Origin: a virus
DNA: 64,000 nucleotides
Strand: one strand, 5' to 3'
IMG/VR virus record: IMGVR_UViG_3300023174_000001
Coordinates: 71,070 to 135,069 of that record
In this document: positions 50,401 through 56,235 of the stretch, piece after piece
Numbering within the stretch: the stretch's first letter is position 1
Layout of the letters: every line of letters starts with the position of its first letter
Position numbers and translations under genes: made by a program
The notes under the pieces: generated by a model
What the model saw: the letters and a program-made list of their open reading frames with translations, nothing else
Told to the model about the DNA's origin: nothing
Database searches by the model: none

Positions 50401-53400
50401 TAGAGGAGTTTCTGCTCCAGAGATTATTAACCAAGTAGTTGGGCCTAACCAGCGTCTATTCTCTCGTCAGCAGATGGATGACATTATCGAGCGTCTTGAG
50501 GCTAACCGTCTATATCCTGGTGTGAATGTTATTCCTTATGTATCTAAGGACAACAAGACCATTGTTCGTGTTGGAGACCGTGTAACTCACTATGACGCAT
50601 TCGGTCAGCCAAAACTGATGGCTAACGGTCAACCTAGAACTGGTACTGTAACTGAACGCAGACCATACACGCTAAACATGAAACCAAATGGTGAGTATGA
50701 ATACACCGACCAAGTTTATGTACAGTGGGATGACACACCAAGACCGCATCAGGCTGCTCCACGCCGTTTAGAAGTAAACAGAAGAGCAGATGGAAGTGAC
50801 CCAGTTCCAGCGGTACAAAATGCCAACGAAGAAGGCACACCTCCTTACATTGAAACCATGCCATTACAACCAAAGCGTGTTGTCCCTAGACCAGTTGCCC
50901 GCAGACCAGTAGCACCCCCTCCTGCTGACTCACAAGACATTGCAAATATTGGAAATGTAAGAATCCTAGTAGTTCCTAACGGACCTACATATAGTGTTGA
51001 CCGTGGAGATGAGTACACTCAGTTCCAAGATGTAACCGACGCTGGAAACTACTCTGGTATTTATGTAATAAAGGTTAGCAACGGCGGTAAATGGCTTGTG
51101 AAAGAGAGAGATGGAGTCGATGTACAAGTTCTAGCCGAGTTTGATGACAGAAATCAAGCCGAAGCACACGCTATGGACCTCATCAATCAAAATGGTGGAA
51201 GGCAGACTCAGGAGAGGCTAGAGACTAGGGCCGATGCTCCTATCGCTGAAAGAGGGACACTTATCAATGCCAACAATGTTGGTGAATTTGAAAGAGTAGT
51301 AGACCCTAGCGGAATGGGTCACACTATTCTGCGTGGTGCCAATATGACTAGGTTTGACAAAGACCAAGGCGATGGAATACCTAATGCTATTTATGTCCAG
51401 CAAAGAGACGATGGCAAGTGGCATGTCATCCAACAAATGCCAGACGGAAATGGTGGATACGACACTAGAAGTGTTGCTATCAACGATGACAGAAATTTGA
51501 TGGAAGCAGTTGCTACAAATATCGTTGCTGGCAATACTACTGCCGAAGCCTACATGCAAATGTGGGGAAATCCAAACCAGCCAAACGCTCCAGAAAACAA
51601 CGATAGTGCCATCACCCCATTGATAGAGCGATTCAACGCTAATAGAATGCCATTTGGTTTCTCTCTTGTTAGAGGTGCTGATTTAGGTGGAGAATTTGGT
51701 ACCAACATAATGCTTAAGGATACTCAAGCGGATGCTGCTGGTCTAAACTCCATAAAAGGTCGTATCACTCAAAACGAAAACGGTAATTATGTAGTTCAAA
51801 AGTGGGGCGGTAACGGCGGATTTGTAGGCAGAGAAGAATATCCAGGTATTATGACTGCTCTAGAAGTTCTTAGTATGCACGCTCTGTCTGTAAGACTTGA
51901 AAGAGATGGAAATAACTCTCCAGAATCTAGTAAGCCTTCGTCTAGCCCATCTTCTCCTAATGGCGGAGATGGCGGTGGAGTTCCACCTACCAACCCACCT
52001 GCTGGTGGAGATGGCGGAGCATCAGATGGTCCGGGACTAGACTTGAATATGGGTAGATGGAGACAAGGCCAGCCACCTCAGGGAGTCGGCCGCGTTGACG
52101 GTGTAGTTCCAAAGGTAAACACATTCTGGGATGATGACCAGCCACCTACTCGGTACGATGTTGTCAGAGATGAAAACCGTACCAAGTTTATTGGTCGTGC
52201 TGGAGACAACCCTGGTGCAGAAGCGTTTGTTTATGTTGAAAAAACTCCGCTCGGCAACTGGAGAATGGTTGACCCTAGAGAAAGAGGCGATGCTAGATAC
52301 AGTGCCGAGTATGGTGACCGTAATGTCGCAGAAGCAATTGCTATCAACAAGATGGCTGGTCGTGAAGACCTAAACCAAGAAGTTCTTGGTCAGCCTGACT
52401 CGAATGTTGCTCCTGCTCCTCAGACGCTACCTAACGGTATAGTCGAAAGTCGTAGCGAATCTATGACTCTATATGTTAACCGAGATGGTAATCTCAATGA
52501 AATTCAGGTAGTCGCTCTTGGTGGCGGAAAGGCTTGGCAAGTAAATAGAAATGTGCCTGGCCAAGCCACAGAAGGATTGTCATACCACGGGACCCGTGAG
52601 GATGCTGAAAGAGAGGCTAGAGAAAGAATTGCTCAAGAAAATGCTCCTGCCAACAATGCTCCAGCGGGACCTGCTGCCACAGACAGCGAATCCCCTACTA
52701 GCGGAAAATCTGACTCTGGACTGAGACTTGGCGAGTTCCGTGCTCCAGACGGAATGATTGAAGAGATGAATGCCGACGGAACCTACTCTACCGATTTCCG
52801 CATTGGCGACAAAACTTTCCAAAGAGTTAGAACTCCAAGTAGTGCTTCTTATTACTACAACGGTTTTGAAATTGCTACTACTGAAAAGAATTCAGATGGA
52901 ACTTTCAATGTAAAAACCATTTGGGCAAAAGATGCTAGCGATTTTGTAGTAGCAAGAGATGAAGAAAATGCATTACTAAATGCTCAGTCTCAAATTTGGG
53001 CAGCAACTCAAGACGGCAGAGTTAGCAAAATAGATGGTGACCAAGGCCCTAGCGATGGTGGCAACCCACCTGCTGGACCTTCGGGTGGAGATGATGGTAA
53101 CGGTGGTAACGGCGGAAACGGTGGAACCCCACCTACCAATAATCCGCCAGCGGGACCTGCTCCAGCAGCACCTACTCCAAGCCAGCCAAGCAGACAGCCT
53201 CGCACAAGAAAGCCTGTTGTAAATGAAGTTCAACCTGGCGATAGATATGTTAGATACAACTCAAGGCGTAACGATAAGCCTGGAGGCGAAAGAACTCACT
53301 GGGATATCTACGATAAAAGAACTGGCAAGGTAATTGCTAGGGCAACTGAAAAAGAAGTAGCGGATGACATTGCTGCTGGAGTTAGGGACAAGAATGGAAA

Positions 53401-54148
53401 CCCTATAAACTTTGACACTCCATCTGGCGGTCAAAGTGGCAATGCTCCAGCAACTCCACAAGCAAATGCCCCAACTGCTGGTCAGCCTACTGGAACTAGA
53501 ACTAACCTTGGCGATGGGATATTCTCAGTTCACAATGAAAATGAGGAATACGGTATTGCGATTAGAGGTGCTGACGGTAAGTGGTCAGCAAGAGTCCACG
53601 AAAACGCTGTGGATGCCATAAGCAACAATAACCCAATCTCTACTGGAACTTATGACACCCCAGAAGAAGCCGAAGCCGCTATTCGTAAAGCAATCGCTGA
53701 GCGTCAAGCCCAGCGTAAAGCAGCCAACACTCTTCAGTGGCAGTCTGGTTCAGACGGCAAGCAGTACTTGGGTCTAGACGGAGTTGCTGGAGTAGATGCT
53801 GAAAACTCACCTGTTTATGGCGTAAGCCCTAGTCCTTTCGGGGGTTGGGTAATGGCTCGCTGGGACTCAAAGGCTGCTAAAGATGCTGGAGCACCACCAA
53901 ACTCAATCGTGGCTCAGCCAGATGAAGAGGCTGCCAAGAATGATGCCCTTCAGCAAATAAATGATTTCTTGCGTAATTTGACTGGACAAAACCCACCATT
54001 AGTAAATGATGAAAATCCAACCACTCCAACTAATAGAGCGGAGCAATTGCCACCCGGTACCACGATACAGGACCAAGTTGATGCTGGGTTAACTACCCCG
54101 TTCAACCCAAATGCTGATTTGCCGGGAAGCAACCCCCCAAAAGCATAA
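41465..54148 (+). CDS. Giant polyvalent protein (4227 aa): ParB-like, GNAT-like, kinase-like and degenerate Nudix-like domains plus repeats
   Basis: RINMPQ..LHPIQ..GYVLDGHHRW (~42900-43300); GGAFTEDSHHALGFG..LQHSSNLSARG (~44060-44240); YKVK..ASESL..DYWLGNVD..GN..CDVGG (~47300-48040); AGGAG RBS. Confidence 0.8.
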   Translation: MTYAFGIYFEDDDNLGLVAAGNRWNSGGNSTLARRLRVAMQRRDRYGRWAEMGGGISFKGRFGNTGRVMDAVGRYVGPAEREGYMRVYVTSGRGLQTGVYEVPSKVATVAKALLSEEALKDVGVNLDVNGNQVGDVLDRDIEFFAGMFKGKPTDFELDMARGKVSPKEKNTIVKARLKAPAHKSYNIVDKNGVRIDKDEEPTKPDVKKPSKKAKPAEVFPLPDLDKDIAEENPKKWATLSEEERAAKLKKERSRRDFYVGANGKRIPDNKLTDADKTPENRRIRDLKNHRVLDGNGRLIEFIPEYKPEANPVPQGEFHPVEDPDEGFWNANQVKPGEVQKNLTTPEEVYEALYNGGFVEVPIELALAAGDIAYADLPFIGRDENPLFQSNPNDPRFREIANILSSLPPAQENRLKRAINLALMSEEKIDALKAYLEENVGEATGLSPEAFAELHKKFRNLGVDLTNMRIQGVDAFSNDNLGAERINMPQLDADDQADFLAYCDRLGINYKEAMARPQELHPIQAEMDFGDVIKIKKSWLDPELRKRFGMDDQYLFVTRDGYVLDGHHRWSSALLAEMESGKPINLKVMVLDMDHEDALKFVNEYNDHVGITRQMVGGNKVADPRPEAPKAELPTGPSVVSDDGGIVPNYGPEGPTPPDGGDNVVTPSGENFNNWLDRELANVGDRIIPEFSGKLTNDTPNPESRTSPFPGSRTVVTNLLAYRDSLMSALKESALDGNTEKFKFQFEIAKRVTKLLNKIHENFSNDKKYGADTELELSTSNPEEKLKAIRVLPETMKTEIDNRGIKRIKSFSAVIIAKNGKPFLLKWSTHSSQAYSIKPDGSINSTNDGGGTTFAEIQDYNSVVDGKPVATIAHVGGAFTEDSHHALGFGGAHIMLSRWVMHMFNGGKLQHSSNLSARGNAYSKMVSRDMRWNNRAQADKAVQVNCPNADIFKVLTDMGLVDGEYIPATPGAKQNDNTPGGHGSSSGGRGWLKRLTFTNNQGWSDNASVLRSFSINGIVSDLEQRFNAKTDEEKQAALDAMPPIFRDFFAGDKSRNIEFRFEDFDVQYNLLATAYSDGMKQQEAVDFLNTLIDGLPQLDAAFGLNRAHTDSIQKLKRLRDAIAARQWDQANNNYNRPKPFNTNSIRAIQSPFAGHFKFNEWQLPRDVNRIMNDLPFDPRPRSNGEHADWTEDPQRLQELYGPETLLASLRDSILRNKGKIANLPALSTGADGVNNVNPTAVYKALENHGYDTELILAGIYDELNGNTANTDALTAKRSELGNLQGIIEQLAREVGQLDEPVEFSSIGGDYDPASRILQSDIVKRGDVGEVPTSLQLKPLALDNESYDYVNANGGRSQVMRNASYVPQIPLSKFYIDGVADNPKIIARNFNPTGLRNALIDAVSNNRNSVKLRFPNGNELIVENAAIRDALQLQGYDINRVLSEQTTIRPAIKQISSIQDRDDVDGNGTRVTDFGIGTDIANGPGFRQKRNDGTGEFDFSLVDLTNPARNTVAQIAKIKKNADGKFEVWVAKRADGKTDEFTGEPNGVYENVQNALFDVKNHIQKELNINANTNLLGTASKPVASPDYSIVGGQDDESQITVGDMVLTKPDGAESFVVYTNGDSARGFRRIPGSEDGVSTGTVYTQTVQSTGDIYSESFKHVSKDVDGQLKEKQVFAITKIGDKFQLTTNRFGSDNLSPDRTETLIFGSYDDAKDFAVRGLINGKIGFQTDQVKNFPNLTTTREVTKPSADLPNQQITQDAASIQIVTPATMTSGVVGELKVTVQKGAHPAWRNGVVNTPYVFAEFSFSPPASQGGEPAYITGKIIRTGRSEWQVKMTGNSPSFNENGQYISGSLREGTNYESTKQDALDRLKKKLDAAFGIEESQRDRGESVLPRIRLVDKAVELEPKPEPPASDDPSLLADGVFDEFLAVRNTPLDIPDATSRGYMGLGMSDSARFETPDGKNYKVKDEGSRKAASESLNHALHLALGIPATPARTGKAPGTRNQVNLIDPFEPDIVPGRVNGNMNGQELFTNAEFNKPENQQAIADIQEGLIIDYWLGNVDFVLNSGNSFVAVRDGVRRGVRCDVGGGMFSAIGQQVINDWTDPNEAVREFKHYNNDFMGNNDTVAGSTTDGHMRRGLTKEKYVEMGRRTLLRLTDDKIDRLVDAHITDPTDNARAKQALKARRVAMLNYLGIDPNEAPPTGGQPRPTYAILPNAQLARDGYEFVGINVEGKKIVRTRGAVLSDGVFVAPIENIPEAVRENIINGIFVPENLPFHAIDRNDQSKSIVIDGAGLVRPASSIAAGYTSLIIRKKLPNGQYGYLIARPGNTELTKPHGKANANKFGPIIHENTPGQPPKNAKDIVNEIFGTGNAGIGDRVIAEKEILLDIPGLLGKQRVLVADIDDFDFSATRDFAMANGQIGPSKFATGANFIKGYPHTPILSQAPGDGDRIANKLREWEQNWHSTASNVPTESDNRSGGDDGSGPSNPGGGDGGGGTSGPPPSGSSDDWKTHSRISLVSRRPGFPETITRLNIFSRADGALAVDDVSSGNTIGHIKPLEHGHWVATFMPGLIGDNNNGNAAKAFFANKKDAENWLTKKIYDLSYADPRGGERIATTVGVSGDRSYDENAPQPPFVVERGFLNPTTPAQTRLAKRLVKGKKATPEERAMYKAILSQKNPTVGDVGWIIGQLRDREDRDSAELAASKQAQNDAVNAGNPIRESSLDNGGDGSNREHTVLAKNLQVGQRILGNINADVVFTVPGENDTINIGVVGDDGKLKVYKVNKNRNLTCIFGRQPQVAPAQQATPHPAVAARANRSRLIQEAIRTAYPNSHALPNGDLVIGQRDHRQADGRVFRYEAVVHKLKSDEFVGYVRRQLLDANGNPTGTGEAAYLTKPAHSPRALKNRLSGRVIPALMANNPANGFNQPNGDRQNEAIDPATGLPLPESLVSQTRFVGNTGIESTGHPAKDALIEYVQTLVARGVSAPEIINQVVGPNQRLFSRQQMDDIIERLEANRLYPGVNVIPYVSKDNKTIVRVGDRVTHYDAFGQPKLMANGQPRTGTVTERRPYTLNMKPNGEYEYTDQVYVQWDDTPRPHQAAPRRLEVNRRADGSDPVPAVQNANEEGTPPYIETMPLQPKRVVPRPVARRPVAPPPADSQDIANIGNVRILVVPNGPTYSVDRGDEYTQFQDVTDAGNYSGIYVIKVSNGGKWLVKERDGVDVQVLAEFDDRNQAEAHAMDLINQNGGRQTQERLETRADAPIAERGTLINANNVGEFERVVDPSGMGHTILRGANMTRFDKDQGDGIPNAIYVQQRDDGKWHVIQQMPDGNGGYDTRSVAINDDRNLMEAVATNIVAGNTTAEAYMQMWGNPNQPNAPENNDSAITPLIERFNANRMPFGFSLVRGADLGGEFGTNIMLKDTQADAAGLNSIKGRITQNENGNYVVQKWGGNGGFVGREEYPGIMTALEVLSMHALSVRLERDGNNSPESSKPSSSPSSPNGGDGGGVPPTNPPAGGDGGASDGPGLDLNMGRWRQGQPPQGVGRVDGVVPKVNTFWDDDQPPTRYDVVRDENRTKFIGRAGDNPGAEAFVYVEKTPLGNWRMVDPRERGDARYSAEYGDRNVAEAIAINKMAGREDLNQEVLGQPDSNVAPAPQTLPNGIVESRSESMTLYVNRDGNLNEIQVVALGGGKAWQVNRNVPGQATEGLSYHGTREDAEREARERIAQENAPANNAPAGPAATDSESPTSGKSDSGLRLGEFRAPDGMIEEMNADGTYSTDFRIGDKTFQRVRTPSSASYYYNGFEIATTEKNSDGTFNVKTIWAKDASDFVVARDEENALLNAQSQIWAATQDGRVSKIDGDQGPSDGGNPPAGPSGGDDGNGGNGGNGGTPPTNNPPAGPAPAAPTPSQPSRQPRTRKPVVNEVQPGDRYVRYNSRRNDKPGGERTHWDIYDKRTGKVIARATEKEVADDIAAGVRDKNGNPINFDTPSGGQSGNAPATPQANAPTAGQPTGTRTNLGDGIFSVHNENEEYGIAIRGADGKWSARVHENAVDAISNNNPISTGTYDTPEEAEAAIRKAIAERQAQRKAANTLQWQSGSDGKQYLGLDGVAGVDAENSPVYGVSPSPFGGWVMARWDSKAAKDAGAPPNSIVAQPDEEAAKNDALQQINDFLRNLTGQNPPLVNDENPTTPTNRAEQLPPGTTIQDQVDAGLTTPFNPNADLPGSNPPKA

Positions 54149-55284
54149 GCCCTAGCGGTGGTGGTCTAGGGATAAACTACTCTCCAATAGGGCTAAGCGA
54201 TGAAAGAAATAATAGGTTAGTTGCACAAGCCAACGGTCTAGATTTCAATCAATTAAGGGCTTTAATTGCCTCTGCTGCGATAGATTCAAATACTCCGCCC
54301 GGAGAAAGACGCAGGTTCCCTGACCCGTCTTTAGACCACGACAACGCAAAATTAAAAAGATTAGCGATTGACCAAGCAATTGCTGACGGTCTACCAGTAG
54401 AAGAAGCATTTGAGTATGGTTCGGCAGTTGCCAAGAGAGCACTAAATTATGCTAGAAGACTTGCCAGCCTCGCTAATTTTGAAAAAAGACTTAATGCCGA
54501 GCGGGAAAACAATCCAGAGGGCGGGCAACTGTCTATACGCCAAAGGGCTGGAGAAGGATTAATTAAACATACCCTTCAAAATGGCCAAGTTGCCGTAGGT
54601 CTACAAACTAGAGCCCTGCTTAGCATAATAAATGGCGATGGTCAGTACCGAACTCTTTTTGAGTCAACTGGTGTTGTGAACCCTGGTGTTATGGTTATGC
54701 CCATGGCAAGAGCCAAAAATGAATTAATTAATTTTGGTATCCCTGTTGACGCTGACCCAACTACTAGACCAGCGTTTGGCTACCTAATTTCTGATGGATT
54801 TGAAAATGAAGATTGGTTTAAGGCACTCAGTCCAAAAGAGCAAGAAAAATATAAAGCACTTGTTTCTATAGATGCTATTGGTAGGGTCGGTCAACCGTCT
54901 GCCCGTGGTCTTGGTTCGGTTGCTTTCGGAGACGCTAGAATTGTATTAAAGAGAAGTGTAATGGATAGAACCACCTACGCAGTAGATGGCACTTTTACCA
55001 CAGGAACTTTCCCTAGACCAGTGAATGCTGAGGCAACTAGGGAATCTATGGCTTTGGCAGGAGCATACGGTAGAGACCAAGGTATGACTAGGGGAATGGG
55101 CGAGGGACTCATAAATGAAATCAACGGTTCTATAGACCCTAGTCTTGCCTTCATAGAGGCCCAAGTTCACGGAAGATTCACCTTAGATGATGTAGAAGCC
55201 ATCTACACTTCAGCCGAAAAAGCACCAGAAATTGAATCAGCCCTAAGAGCAAAGGGTCTTGGAATAGAAGTTAGGGTTATCTAA
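54118..55284 (+). CDS. -1-frame extension of the 4227-aa protein carrying a DUF3626-like domain
   Basis: Frame open 54118-55284, with no ATG/GTG/TTG before 54676. DGQYRTLFESTG lies upstream of that GTG; RPAFGYL, FGDARIVLK, RTTY and IEAQVHG..L.DV follow. Confidence 0.75.
   Translation, partial: FAGKQPPKSISPSGGGLGINYSPIGLSDERNNRLVAQANGLDFNQLRALIASAAIDSNTPPGERRRFPDPSLDHDNAKLKRLAIDQAIADGLPVEEAFEYGSAVAKRALNYARRLASLANFEKRLNAERENNPEGGQLSIRQRAGEGLIKHTLQNGQVAVGLQTRALLSIINGDGQYRTLFESTGVVNPGVMVMPMARAKNELINFGIPVDADPTTRPAFGYLISDGFENEDWFKALSPKEQEKYKALVSIDAIGRVGQPSARGLGSVAFGDARIVLKRSVMDRTTYAVDGTFTTGTFPRPVNAEATRESMALAGAYGRDQGMTRGMGEGLINEINGSIDPSLAFIEAQVHGRFTLDDVEAIYTSAEKAPEIESALRAKGLGIEVRVI
54136..54171 (+). 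other. Candidate programmed -1 ribosomal frameshift signal
   Basis: In-frame X XXY YYZ heptamer C CCA AAA (54136-54142), 7-nt spacer, hairpin CCCTAG(54150-55)/CTAGGG(54166-71). Confidence 0.75.
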
Positions 55285-55285
55285 T

Positions 55286-55501
55286 ATGAAAAAAGATGAT
55301 GTGCTATTAGTTTCCGATTACGGAGATGAGATTAGATTCTTGGAAGAAAAAGAAGGACAAGTCCTTGGCTACTATGTGGATGGTGTCAGTGGAGAAAAGT
55401 CGGAGCCTATGTTAGTAGAACAAATCATAATGCTTGCTGGAGATGGAAATGTTGGCTGGAAATACGCTAAATCCAGTGAAATTCCAAACACACTAACTTA
55501 A
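55286..55501 (+). CDS. Small acidic protein, candidate partner of the DUF3626 module
   Basis: Starts 1 nt after the 55284 stop. Confidence 0.7.
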   Translation: MKKDDVLLVSDYGDEIRFLEEKEGQVLGYYVDGVSGEKSEPMLVEQIIMLAGDGNVGWKYAKSSEIPNTLT

Positions 55502-55548
55502 TAATAAGATAAACTTTATTGTAGAAGTATCTATTGGAGATATAAAAT

Positions 55549-56235
55549 ATGTCGCAAAATCCTGAGTTTACGCTCAACTCAGACACGCTTGGAGTTGTCT
55601 ATAAAGACACTGGCGTTCTTGAGGGGTATGAATCTGCGGAAGCCGAAAGCGTTAGTGAGACTCACGCTATTGTCGGGGCTTACTATGAGCCAACTGGAGA
55701 CTACAAAGGTTTGTATTTTGTATTACCTGAGGGCGAACTAAAGTACTTTGACATTGAAGCAGTGAAACTGGGAAATCAGACTAGCGGTGCTTATATAACT
55801 TTTGAAGCAGATAACAAGTTTTGGCTAATTAGGGATTTAGAAGAAACTGATGGTACTTGGGTCTCTAAATACAAGATGGAACTGCCAGTAGAGGTACTGA
55901 AGCAACTTATAGTTGGGCGGTCTAAACCAGCCCTAACTAAATATCTTGGCGTAAATATTCCAGACACTATTCCAGAATTTGAAAGTTTGACTGCTTACTT
56001 CTCTGACAAATCTCCTAGTGTTTTTGCTTTGAATTACATGTCTTCTCAAGGTATCTACACTCGTCTAGATTACGAATGGGAAAAAAGCGAAGTATCTTTT
56101 GACTATTACGAAGATATGGCAGTCGCTGAAATAGAAGCAAGTAAAGCAAGTGAATTGCTAGAAAAATTTGATGACGCAGACGGGATTTTTCCAGTAAAGG
56201 ATATTCTAAAAACTTATGAAGTTGGTGGTAAATAA
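55549..56235 (+). CDS. Acidic hypothetical head-operon protein
   Basis: GGAG RBS; TAATG-coupled to the protease gene. Confidence 0.75.
   Translation: MSQNPEFTLNSDTLGVVYKDTGVLEGYESAEAESVSETHAIVGAYYEPTGDYKGLYFVLPEGELKYFDIEAVKLGNQTSGAYITFEADNKFWLIRDLEETDGTWVSKYKMELPVEVLKQLIVGRSKPALTKYLGVNIPDTIPEFESLTAYFSDKSPSVFALNYMSSQGIYTRLDYEWEKSEVSFDYYEDMAVAEIEASKASELLEKFDDADGIFPVKDILKTYEVGGK

Noticed and set aside
54676-55284. Stand-alone 202-aa gene starting at GTG 54676
   Set aside because: The start falls inside the conserved domain and lacks an RBS; better explained as the -1-frame extension from 54142.
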